A stretch of 63,536 nucleotides of DNA, counting the filler, from Sphacelaria rigidula (taxonomy: Eukaryota): assembly GCA_964200075.2 (NCBI GenBank). It is 6 parts of 6 records of this genome, joined end to end, with 100 filler letters (N's around TTAATTAATTAA, not from the genome) between each part and the next. Parts side by side here need not be neighbours in the genome. Positions count along the whole stretch, not along the records: positions 31,824 to 42,329 come from CAXNAA020006373.1; positions 42,430 to 52,933 come from CAXNAA020006375.1; 4 more parts are not named here. One strand, 5' to 3'. Made by a program: the position numbers and the translations under genes. Position 1 is the first letter of the stretch. Every line of letters begins with the position of its first letter. A model generated the notes under the pieces. That model did no database searches and was not told where the DNA came from. It saw nothing but the letters and a program-made list of their open reading frames with translations. Of this stretch, positions 38,180 through 49,508 are shown piece by piece.

Positions 38180-39369
38180 GTGCGTGCTTTTGCGTTGTGG
38201 GGTGATCGTCGGTGGGGATGGCGATGGCGAGGGTGCTGATTGCCGTGGTTGTCGTCGTCATCGTTGTGTTTAACCCTTTAGACAGCGCCCCCCCCCCCCC
38301 CCCCCCCCCCCACACCCGGCAGACACACAGCACACCAACCACCCACGAAAAAGGCTCCCAACACTAGTCCAACCCACANNNNNNNNNNGGGGGGGGGGGG
38401 GGGGGTGGGTGTGTGTGTGTGTTTTTGTTGTTTCTTTTTTTTTTTCTTCTTTTTTCTCCCCCCCCCCCCCCCCCCCCCCCCGCAAGGTGGACTAGATATC
38501 CTATGCCACATTTGGGGCTCAGGACAGCTTTTTTCTCGCAACACCAAACGCCTTTTTTCATAATTACGTGGATGTTGGACAGCTATGCAGAAAATAGTTC
38601 CGGAGAACCCCTGACCGGTTTTGACTGTGCAGTCTACAATAGCGTACAAGGTCAGTATGTGTGCGGTATGTCTTCGCTGGATTCAACGGCAAGAAACATT
38701 GAGCGCGCCACCGCTCTCCACTGAACACAATTTACTGCATGCTGCTAACGCCTCTGCTTAGTGTTCCACAACAACACTACAGACAGTGAAGCTGTGTTGG
38801 CCACACGTGAGGCGTCAGACAAGCGGCACAGATCTCGAGCAGAGGGCGAAACACGGCATTTGTGCTCATGTTATCTATGGTTGAATTGTCATGACCAATA
38901 TGAGGAAAATCTCTAGGCAGCGAAGTAACCCACCTGCAGTCCACTTGTGGGGGAAGTACGTGCTCATTTTGATGGCCGCGATTGGTCAGAATCGTCATTC
39001 CGCGCCTCTCGGACCTCGTTCCTGGCTTAGAATCTTCGGCGGAAAACTTCCGAACACACATGGTTGACTTGGTGAGCTTCCCGGACTCTCTGCGGACAGA
39101 CCCCCGCCCCCCCCTTCAAAAGCCACCCTCCTCCGCCCACTGGAAACCGTCGGATGTCTCCGGACTATCAGCCTGTGAAACGGTTCCGAGGCGATGGTCG
39201 CTGTCTAAGGGTTGAAGTCTTCTCTGCCCGTCATGTCTTGAAGGTGGCGTGTAATGGGCCATGGCGATGAGTGGTCGGTAAATATTGTCCAATGAGTCCA
39301 AGCTACACTCGACCATTTTTCACGTCGAGCTAGCTCCCACTTTTTCCTCGTCCCTCCCCTTCCTCTTAG

Positions 39370-39436
39370 CTCCGTCTCGAAAGGGATGCGTGGTCAATGG
39401 TCAAATGACTAAGGCAAGCAACAAATGAGTACGCCC
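39370..39436 (+). mobile_element. Extremely 5'-truncated LINE 3' end with a 14-bp TSD
   Basis: Matches 24948-25016. Flanked by the direct repeat ccccttcctcttag (39356-39369 and 39437-39450). Confidence 0.85.
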
Positions 39437-39502
39437 CCCCTTCCTCTTAGTGCTGGCTTCCCGACCTTCCACATTCCTTTTTCCGATCTACGATTGCCAC
39501 AG

Positions 39503-39811
39503 GGAACGAGCATGTCAACCCCGGTGGTAGCCGGAGCAGCGGCTCTGGTTCGGCAATACTTCCGGGAGGGGTGGTACAACTGGCCCGATGACGATGACGA
39601 TGACGATGGCGATGATGACGATGGCGATGATGACGATGGCGTCAGCGACGACACAACAAGCACGAATGCGACAGATCTGGGGTTCGACCCTTCGGCAGCT
39701 TTGATCAAGGCGGTGCTCGTGAATTCGGCCGTGGGGATGGAGTTCGTTGCGGTGAATCCCTTCACGGAGTCGATCGATATTACGCTTGATCTACCTCCGG
39801 ACAACTATCAG
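39503..39811 (+). CDS. S8 subtilase exon with the catalytic Ser and an Asp-rich insert
   Basis: GTSMSTPVVAGAAALVRQYFREGWY...DDDDDDDGDDDDGDDDDG...PSAALIKAVLVNSA. Confidence 0.93.
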
Positions 39812-39914
39812 GTGCACAACGGCAATTGTATGTTTGGGTGTGCTACAAGTCGTTCGCGAAGTCCTGTACTATGTCGTCATCAAGCGCGGGCAGTGTCGCG
39901 CGGTGTCATGTAGT

Positions 39915-40253
39915 GCCGTTTTTTTTTTTTTTTTCCGTCACACTTCCAACGCCTTCCTTCCCTCTGGACGAGCCCGTGGTCTAACGGTCTCGAGCGATCA
40001 ACGTGTCTCTCTCAGGTACACGCTGTATATTTTGGTCTTGCGGATTGGATCATGATCAACACTCCCGCACCACGTCAATTATCGTCAAACAAAGACAAAA
40101 CTTTTTTCTTGTCGACTGACGCCTTGATGCTTTCAACGGCAATATTAGATACCTTTCGAAAACAAGCCCGAGCGTATGTGGGGGGGGAATCAAACCGACG
40201 TTGTCTCCACCCTACTGATGTCAGTTGGACCATTGGACAGACCACCGGGGCGC
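39915..40253 (-). mobile_element. SINE family A (intronic)
   Basis: Body matches 56960-57293. The minus-strand head is cgccccggtggtctgtccaatgg...ggtttgattccc. Confidence 0.75.
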
Positions 40254-40467
40254 GACGGTAGTCATTGGAAGAAGCGCTTTCAGTACTCGTGTACTTGCAA
40301 GAGAACATGCAGCGCACGGAAGAGGGGAAATGAGCCTATGTAGATGAGTGCTCCGAACGCTTGCGTTCGCACAAGAAAACGCTCCCTTCTCCGCTCCACC
40401 TCATTATTGCTTTTTATGCGCCTTGCCTCAACAGCTTCCGTAAAATTTGCTGCCTTGACTGCGACAG

Positions 40468-40608
40468 GGGCATGGTCGAGTGCAGTTGACCAACGGGCTC
40501 AATATCAACCAGTCAGTGGGATTGTTTTTCAAGGACTGGGAGAAGATTGAAGAGGGCGAGACGTTGACGTACAACGTTTCCCTTTATGAAGACGCAGACT
40601 TGAAAAAG
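40468..40608 (+). CDS. S8 subtilase exon (QGHGRVQL)
   Basis: cag|GGG CAT GGT CGA continues the Kp43-type (Q)G.GR motif. Donor AAG|gtatgt. Confidence 0.88.
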
Positions 40609-40698
40609 GTATGTCTTTGCTGTTTTTTCTCATGTTTGTTGGACGTGGTTATACCTCTGTCCCGTAAGTTTACTTGGTTTTGTTTTTCGTACGATCCC

Positions 40699-40910
40699 TT
40701 AACCCGTGGACAGGGAGAGTAGGTCATCTGTTGAATCGGCATCAACGTCACTTGAAAAACAAATGCATGATCCAGATGGACTGCCCTCGGGGTCCAAGGG
40801 TCAACCCTTAGACCGCGAGGGTAGGTCACCTGCTCAATCGGCATCAAATTTCACGTGAAAGAAGTATGGGGGATCTAGGTGGACTACCCGCACCGCGCTC
40901 TAATGGTCAA
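40699..40910. mobile_element. Two tandem ~105-bp piggyBac-like MITEs
   Basis: Consensus TTAA|CCCTTAGACCGCGAGGGTAG...CTACCCTCGCGGTC.AAGGG|T.AA. Further copies at about 44821-44926 and 54624-54720. Confidence 0.65.
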
Positions 40911-41521
40911 TGATGTCCGATGTATGTTTTTTTGTTTTTTTTGTTTTTTTGTTTTTTTAGTTCAAACCCTGGAGCTCGGAAATGGTTTGTCTAACCATTA
41001 ACTAGTTGAATGGTTACACTTGGCGTACTCTTTAACCATTTAAATGGTACATACTGGTTCGGTCATATAGCGGCGTAACCGCGAGCCAAGAAGCCCCTCC
41101 GGCAGAGGGGTCCCCGCCGGAGGCGCCCCTGGAGAGCCTCGCTGGAGGCGCCGTGCCGGAGGCACATGTTTACGCGATTTGGCTTCACTAGAGCTGAAAA
41201 ATACGTCAAGTTTGGGCCAATTATCAAGGGCTGGATGTAGCATACGTAGCCGGTAATGGGTTATAAAGCCGGTAACAGTAAATAATGGTTTGAAATCTCA
41301 GGACTTGAAAAATTCTCTTCCCCCCGTCCGCTCTCTGTTTTTCGGGTGTTTTGTACTTACCCGGAAGAAGTCCAACGTTGGATGACCTCCGATTTCATGG
41401 CATTTTTTGGTACTTTGAGCTGATTTCCTGGTCGCCCTTGACTCTGCAAGGCATACATTACAACAGCGTCCCTGACAAAACCTAGACAAGTTCACAGCGC
41501 GTAAAAAACGATGGAACGTGT

Positions 41522-41880
41522 CGGTAGTGTTATCCCATTTATTCTGGACGCCAGTCTACACCTTTCGGTATATGTGGGCGCACCAGCCGGGGTCGCACAG
41601 GAGGAAGGCCAACGCAGGAGCTCTTATCTTTTTTATTTTGTTCTAGTACTCCACCTTCCTTCTGCGGTGCTTGCCTTATTTTTTGTCGCGAGAGGGGTTC
41701 AGCGGTCCCTTTCCCTCGTCGACCGTGACGTCGAATTTCTGTGTACTCACGACATGATCGCTCTCCACTGTTGGGCGTGGTGTGAGAAAAAATCCCAGAT
41801 CGTGTGACTGCACCTTCATTCGAACCCACGACCCAACCATCAGAAGGTGTCGAGGTTACCAACTGAGCCACCGGGGCAAC
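41522..41880 (-). mobile_element. tRNA-derived SINE (family B), intronic
   Basis: Reverse complement of 13218-13609, with A-box tggctcagttgg and B-box ggttcgaatg. Confidence 0.85.
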
Positions 41881-41984
41881 TGTCCAAATATTACCCTACG
41901 CGCCGGGGTCTTCTTGGCTTGTGGTTACGTCACACGCCTTTTTTTTTTTTTTTCGCATTGTGCTTCTTGTGTGTTTTTCCGCAG

Positions 41985-42191
41985 GATCTTCGGGTCACCT
42001 TAGTGTGGACCGACCCCCCGGCAGAAACGGGCGCTTCTGATGTGCTGCTTCATGATCTCGACCTTACGGTGATCGCTCAGTCTACAGGCAACGTGTACTA
42101 TCCTAACGGACTCAGCGAGGCGGACAGCCTGAACAACGTCGAGAAAGTCACAGTGTCGGACACCACGGAGCTCGAGACGTACACCATCCAG
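41985..42191 (+). CDS. S8 subtilase exon, C-terminal beta-barrel domain (gene continues past contig end)
   Basis: DLRVTLVWTDPP...LLHDLDLTV...NNVEKV, typical of Kp43/TagC subtilases. Confidence 0.92.
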
Positions 42192-42329
42192 GTGCGCCAT
42201 ACCTTTTCGTTTTTGTCGCATTTTGACCCCCCCCCCCCCCCCCCCCCCCCGCCCCCCCCCCCCCCCCCCCGCCCCCCCCGCCCCGGATCACACCCCACAG
42301 CCCCCCCGCCCCCAACCCACCACACACCC

Positions 42330-42429
42330 NNNNNNNNNNNNNNNNNNNNNNNNNNNNNNNNNNNNNNNNNNNNTTAATTAATTAANNNNNNNNNNNNNNN
42401 NNNNNNNNNNNNNNNNNNNNNNNNNNNNN
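42330..42429. other. Artificial contig linker
   Basis: N44-TTAATTAATTAA-N44. Confidence 0.97.
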
Positions 42430-42468
42430 CCCCCCTTCCCTACCCCACCCCAAGAATAAGTAGCGCAC

Positions 42469-42639
42469 CTTTCGCTTCTTGGCGGGTGCAGACTGAACAA
42501 GCCTGCTCGTGTTTTCAGCAAGAACCTTTTTGGGCGGTACGGAGCGCGCGTGCTTGGGCGAGCTAGGCTTTACCGGCGATGCGACTGTCGATGGCTTGGG
42601 CTTGCGGCATCCACTTGTCTGTTGATGGATGACCAGCAT
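42469..42639 (-). CDS. Candidate first exon of an unknown basic, Ser/Pro-rich protein
   Basis: 57 codons from ATG to a phase-0 donor AAG|gtgcgc, ending PAKKRK (NLS-like). A CCAAT motif lies upstream. The rest of the gene is off-contig. Confidence 0.35.
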
Positions 42640-45440
42640 TCGGGAAAAGGACGACAGAACGGAACGGCATGCGGCGCGGGACTCGCCAGTTTAGTTTAAC
42701 CAACGCTTCTGATTGTGCTGCGCAAGGGCATTAACCCTTTTGAGACCGACCCCCCACCAACACGGGGTTGACCATGTGTTCGTGAAATAGTGAACGATAA
42801 GTCAGGGCGGTACCTGCCCAATCACGGCAAGGCGAAATTTATCGGCCAGACCCGAACGACCAGCGCGGGGATTGTCCCCGAGTTTCATGTCAGTGCCAAG
42901 ATCGTGTAGGGGCCCTATCCCTGGTCCAGATAAGCCTTCCCAGGTATGCAAATCCCGGATGCTCGGGCGACGGTTCTCGTATGATTTGCATCCGGTACAG
43001 CGCTCTAGGGATTTCCCGGATGTTTTTTTGAGTCGCCAACCTATACTGAAACGTAGTAATTACACAAACACGGGTTGAGAGGGGAAAAACCGGGAACGAG
43101 TGTACAAGCCACAATGTGGTCATTTTTCGCAAGGCACTATACCCAGCTTGGTCGTGGAAAGACGAAAAGAGCTGTCGTCATGAATTCCGCCCACCCCTCT
43201 GCCGATGCCTTGCAGAACACTGTGAACATGTATGTAGTGGGCGGGGATGAAGAAGCGGTATATCGGCAGTTCATCTCGGTACCCGAGAATTGCCCAGAAC
43301 GTGCAAGGGAGTATGCAGGAGTAGCTGCTGCTGCAGTCGGAGAGGCGGATTGCACTGTACTGTACTTCATGTATGTGCGCTGCAACGTCCATACCCTTCG
43401 AAGGGAATTTGTCGCATGCAACAGAGAGGGAAATCGTGGCTCACCCCGACCGCAAAGGGCTGTGTGGCAAGGTGATGGGGAAAACAATGTCATCCAAAGC
43501 CACTAGTCGCCGCATCCTGTTGAAAACTCTGTACGGCGACCCAAACAACTTGCCACGTCCGATAAATTACCTAATGCGCACCCTGCACATGTAAATAGAT
43601 TGGATGAAACTTTCGGTCTTCCTCGTAACCCTGCGGTAACATACACGGATTTTCAGCAACATGAAGATACTGTTTCGTGCAGACACCAGATACGTCATTC
43701 CTAACCAGCCTCACTGGTTGTTCTGGAGGCCTGGTCTCAAAGGCGTTGAAGCTAGCCCAGTCGTGCAGGTAGGCTTTCGTTGATCTGATTATTTGGGGGG
43801 GAATCGAAATAACTGTTAAAATAGAGACATGACGCCCACGTACAAACAGGAGGGTCTCAGTCCGTGGGGCCGTTGCCAAGCACATAATTGTGTTCCAGAC
43901 GGTATAGTACAGCACAGTACAGAGTGCAGAGTACGAAGTACAGAGTACGGAGCACAGTGGTACCGTACAATTATATGTCGGTAGGTGGAGACCAGCATGA
44001 GTGATGACCGTGGCACCAACTCATGTAGTACGGCATGTACCAAGCTACTACACGACGCAGCCTACGGGGGCATCAGCAGCTACACTTGCGAATACTACAT
44101 ATGCTGTGATACCTACAAACTCCAACCCGCCCGCCCGCTCGACCATGGCTACAATACAAGAAAAAACACTGATCATGCTCCGGGCAACAAAGTTCGTGTT
44201 CTTGTCTCATCAAGTGTTTAGATGATATGAAAGTGTCATCAACGCATACAATTGTCATACTCCACACGTTTGCGAGACTACCAGGTCGGATTCTCGGAAC
44301 GAAAAAACTTGGGTGCTCAATGAGTCAACATCTTCGCCGGCGGGTTGAAGTGTCTGCGCGAACACCATGTCGAATTCATGTCAAAAACTACCATGAAAAG
44401 TCAGGGCATGACCTCTCCAGTATTCAAACTAGGCAACTTTCAAGTAGAAACCGTTTTTTACTTTTATCGATCGGCCATTTTACTTTTTATTTTTTTACTC
44501 TTTCACCTTCGACAAGTCTTCCTTGCTAGCGATAGATTTTTGTGGGTGAAAACGGTCACCATAATATTAGCACCGAGTATAGAGCGTGGTGTGTTGTGAA
44601 TGTAGGGATTGTGCAATTGTGGTAGGTACGTGAATGCTGTGAGGAGTGTATCTGCAGTGCGGTGCAGCGTAGTACGGTCTAGTGTAATGACTCACAACGG
44701 AACACGGTTCAAGAATGCAGTGAGTATAGTATGTTGTCAAGTAGGTTAGGCAGGCCTCCTCTTGGGCAAAAAAAAATGAGAATGAGATTAGGCGAGTGAG
44801 AATGAGAGTGAAAATGACTCAAACCCTAGACCGCAGTGCAGGTAGTCCATCTGGATCATGCATACTTTTTTCAAGTGAATATTGATGCCGATTCGGCAGG
44901 TGACCTACCCTCGCGGTCAAACGGTCGACAGCTAAAGACCTCCATCTCACGAGATCTCACTCCCCATTCCTATCGACGGCTAAAAAATGAAAATGAGAAC
45001 ACTCCGAGAGAGAATGGCGTCACACGAAAACAATCCCGCTGCCATTGGTGACATTACTGCAGTAGCCTTCTGGGCAGTCATCAATCTTTCCCATTCGCAA
45101 ATATAGTCAGATCGTTGGCCTGCTTCAACAATCAATGATGAAAAAATGATGAAGCTTGAGTATGGATCAGCAGTCCTCCACCAATCAGACGGATGAAAAA
45201 CGGGGAAACTGCCAATTTCATTTTGATACTCACGATCTCATCCTCATTTTTTTCGTCTCGATCAGACGGGGTCTAGGGAATGATTCCACCATGCTGATGT
45301 ATCATTGTGTGACACCAACTTCATCACCTGATGGTGTTGTTCGGGGAGAAGGGGGTGATATCCAAGTACCGGTTGCAAAATACCGTGTTCCACGGTTTAT
45401 GTTTCAATGAAGTAGTGCTCTGTTGTGCCCAGTACCGTAC

Positions 45441-45616
45441 CTTCGCATCCGTCGGTACGAAGTAATCCCTGGGCATTATCTTTCTTGCTTCCTGTTCCCC
45501 ATCCGCTTTTGTACACCTGATGTATGTCTCTCGTACATTCTTCTCCGTCCCACCAAGGAGGTACTTGACGTTGTAGCACTGAATCGGCACTTCTTCTCCA
45601 TGAATCTCGATCATTA
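45441..45616 (-). CDS. Unknown protein, exon completing the Tudor-like module
   Basis: Acceptor ccccgacag|, phase 1. Encodes (V)MIEIHGEEVPIQCYNVKYLLGGTEKNVRETYIRC...DAK. Donor |gtacgg. Confidence 0.65.
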
Positions 45617-46642
45617 CTGTCGGGGGCATGACAGGAAGCAAGGAGTGGATCATGACAACAGCACCAGCAAATCATGAAAATAGCATGGTGATCGTGAATC
45701 ATGACAAAAGCACCAGTATATCACGAAAATAAAAGTGGATCATGGCAATGACAACAGCGGATCATGACAACGTTTATGAGGGAGGAACAAGCCGTTGAGC
45801 CATTGAAGCATACCACACTTCGTTCAGGCAGCACAATGGGCAACGAAACAACGTCTTGACAAACTCCCTTCTCCGAAAAACGCCCGCCCAAGTAATTTAC
45901 AATGATGACCACCCACTGTGCTGTCGCACGAATTACGGACAAACCAAGCGACATATCGGGGTACTGTACTCAACTTCTTGTGGCAAGCTCAGCCAACGAT
46001 TCTTACTGCACGCAAACATGCACATAAATGCAACCCTCGGTACATTGGTTTGGTTTCTCTACACACGATTCTTCTTCCAAGCCCACCTGCTCCAGGTGAC
46101 GTACGACCCCGAGCCATCAATTTTCGGATATCTTCGGCATCATGCCGATGTCTACAGCACTGCATCGGGGTACGTGGCTCATCACCCCCCACCCCCCACC
46201 CCCAAAGAAATACCACTTCGGGTGATTACACTTGGGTTCAGGAGTAAGGTTTCGGGTGGGTCCCGCGGGATAACTTTTGGACCACTGAGAGTGATCAGCC
46301 GCGGGTCTTTTCGCCGCACTCTAGGCTACGCAGCACGTGGTGCTGCAGTATACACCGTTACCAAGCGCTTGCTGCACTGGAGGTCCCTCCTCAATGCTAT
46401 CCGCTGTACTAATATCAAGTTCTTGTACTACACCAGTATTGTGCAGGGTCCCTGCATAGTGCGGTCAGCATCCCTTGTAACAAATCCCATCTGCTGTACT
46501 AATGTAAAGAGATTGTACTACACGAGTGTGGTGGTGGGTCCCACTTTAGTGCGATAACGCCAAGCTGGTGACCGGCCTGCCACACTATACGCGGCGCGGA
46601 CCCCCACTGTACTCGACATCCAATATGTCGTTTTGAGCTCAC

Positions 46643-46778
46643 CTACGCAGCGCTTGGTAATGCGGCCCACCCCGCCGGGCTTGTTCATTCCCGGCCATGT
46701 CCTCGACTCCACCTCTACAGTCTTGTGGCTCGCCCCGGAGTGTTTGGGGCACAGGCATGGTCCCCACGTGTGCGGCGT
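46643..46778 (-). CDS. Unknown protein, exon with VEVESRTWPGMNKPGGVGRITK
   Basis: Acceptor ctttcttcag|, donor |gtgagc. Phase 0 to phase 1, matching both neighbours. Confidence 0.7.
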
Positions 46779-47479
46779 CTGAAGAAAGCAACGTTCAAAA
46801 TTGAAATCCTTGTTGGGTAAGTAAGGAGGGGTATTGGTCATTGGTGGGAGGAAGGAAAATTTTTTGCGTACTTGAAATGATTCGATTGTTATCAATTGAT
46901 TGATTCACTGATTCAACTGATTCCCATACGGTGTCTGGGACATAGGATGAGTACTTCATGGGGGGTTCGGGGGAGGAAATAAACGGGTCGTGAAAGGAGG
47001 GTCATGTTATCTTAATCCCGATACAGGGGGATGATCTAGTTTACCCGTTAACAACTCTACAGTGTTACAAGCACTGCCTCTGATTCCTTCTACACGATAT
47101 CCTCTCCACCTCAGTTTTTCAGAGGGAATGGTATAAGATAACAAGTAACGTTGGTCGATGTTTTGGTAATGGCATATTCGACGTTTTGCTCTATTTGTAG
47201 AAGCGTGGAAGAGCGCCTGGTTATGATCCACTCCCTGCTCTTAATACATAAGTATGCCCTCCTGTAAATGCATGTCGGACGATGGAATCGCGATCCAGCC
47301 TAGCGCACATGGAAAGCGTATGGTAGCATAGAAAGCCTGGTACACGGTTGAACACCCCACACGCAGACTTTTGGGGTGAGACCCTGAAGATTTACACACG
47401 ATAAGTCATCACAAAGCTTGCAGAGAACGGAATTTTTCGATTGTATTTCCTATCGCCGGTTATCGGGGGTCCCAGAGTT

Positions 47480-48420
47480 CGGGGGGCGTTTGGGGTATCA
47501 CATGCCGTTCTGGAAACCCTTATAACCAGCGATATTGAAAACATCGGAAAAACCCGCCCTCAGAAATTTTGTCATGACCAAATGTATTTGCGTGCAAATT
47601 TGTAGGCCCAACTCCGAAATCCTGCGTGAAGTTCCGTGGAAATGTGCGCTGAACTGTCCGTTCTCGGTACAACCCAACTCCTTGATTCGGGTCAAGAACG
47701 CCTTCTTCGACATGACCACGACCCCCTTTCACCACCTGATCGAGTTTCCCGGCGAAATTCGACCAAATGTTTCTTGGACCACCTCGGGACGTTCCTCCTT
47801 CGAGTTTTACCCTGAGGCTTTCTGTGACGGCTTCCCCGGTGTAGAGCGGAGACTTTGAAATGTTCATCAATAATATTTTTTTCCGATTTGGAGAACCAAT
47901 CATCACCGGACTACCACGTTCGAGAGCAATCTGAGCTTTAATACGAGATATATGAGGGGAACCGTTTGGAGGCTTTCTGGGTCTTCGGTGCACATCATCA
48001 CCGAAAATCCGACGAGGCCGAAACCCCACGCCACCAAAAAAACGACGAAACACGGTCTGGGGTGTAATTCGATTACATAGTAACCATTTTCATAACCTGT
48101 TGTTTCCGTTAGAGCCCCGAGCTGATGGCGGTTACAACGATTCGAAGCATGTGGAGAGCAGGAAAAAAATGGCTAAGCAATTCGTATATTTGATGTAACA
48201 ACACTGTGAAGGCCAGTGATTGATCGAGGCGCCTTTCGCTCCTAGCGTCACCACTACGGCCTTGTCGCCCTCATAATTTGTTCATAGCGGCCCGTATGAT
48301 ACCATGTATGCGATTATTGGATATGTACTGCGAAACGGATCCACTGGTGAGTGCATTTGGGGGCACCGTGAGCCAGTTTGTACCAATGAAGGACTGGGCT
48401 GTCTCCCCAGCTTACTCCCC
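47480..48420. repeat. Dispersed repeat family (unclassified TE relic), intronic
   Basis: Colinear with about 54750-55560 (e.g. ctgggtctt.ggtgca.atca.ca...aaatccgacga.gcc) and 20250-20700. Confidence 0.7.
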
Positions 48421-48971
48421 TACAGCTTTGAAGATCGCTTGGAGACTTCTCTGCCCCACAGTAATTCTTCCAGGCCCATGAATATATATATATATATTGT
48501 GAACTAGTCGACGAAACTTCCAGTTGATTGATTGATTGATTGATTGTCGCACTTCAACTGACCCAGTGAAGATACTATTTGCGATGACGATCACGGATGA
48601 GCCTTTAAAACACCCCCGTGAACCTCGACGAAGCAAGAAAAAACATCTCGTTCAGGTCAACTCAACAAGATTCCCAGGGGCTAGATGTAGACGCTCGGTT
48701 ATCAGGGTGTGGGCAGCGAGAATCCAAAACAGAGTGCGTGCATGTATGTACCACCTTAGGCTAATCAAGTGCCAGCCATTCGATCGAAGTCCGCCTCGAA
48801 TGACAAAGCGTCACGGACACGCAAGCATCTATGCCTAATGCGTGTAACGATGTGGCGTGCATTTGATGTGCGGAAACATGCTTTCATAACCAGCCGAACC
48901 CCCGACGTTCAGCATTATCAACATCGCACGCCAAGTCTCTCGACAATAGTAACTCTTACTACACATTTTAC

Positions 48972-49508
48972 CATCTCAGCATCGACGTCTGGCGGCTGTT
49001 CCTGCTCCTTTGGTTGCCCCGCGCTGGTCGCCGCCGGTGGCGGAAGTTGCGCCGCATCAGCCCCTTTTCCCTCGTCACCCGCCTCGCTTGCTCCATCCAC
49101 CGACGTCTCCGGCACTCCCGCGGTAGCTCCCTCGCTCACCTGCCCACTCATACCCGGGTTGCCATCATTATCGCCGCCAGCCGTAAGATCCACGACCCGG
49201 ACCGGAGTAACGTTAGCATCATGGTCACCAGTCATGACCGCATCAGCAACATCCGCAGCAAGAGAAGCAGTCGGGGTTCGGGCTGATGCCGTGCTACTGG
49301 CGGTGCTGCCTTGCAAGATTCGCCTCACCTTGTTCTCGATCGTCCGCGTCTCGCCTGAGGCAGCAGGACGACCACGTGGAGTTGGTATCGGTGTTGATGC
49401 TCGCCTTGCTTGTTGTCGCTCACGGACAGGGAGTTCCGTCGACACTGCAGGCGAGGCTGGGGCTTTGCCGAGTTTCCAGGAAGCTACATCTTCCGAGGAC
49501 ATGATGTC
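48972..49508 (-). CDS. Unknown protein, low-complexity exon upstream of the Tudor-like module
   Basis: Acceptor tttcaccag|GAC, 179 open codons (A/S/T/P/G-rich, includes VVDLT), donor ATG|gtaaaa, phase 0. Confidence 0.6.

Noticed and set aside
17183..42191. Functional cluster of gcvT, RT and protease (e.g. a retron- or DGR-like system)
   Set aside because: The three lie on separate, artificially joined contigs. The RT is a decayed LINE, and no msr/msd or TR/VR pair is seen.
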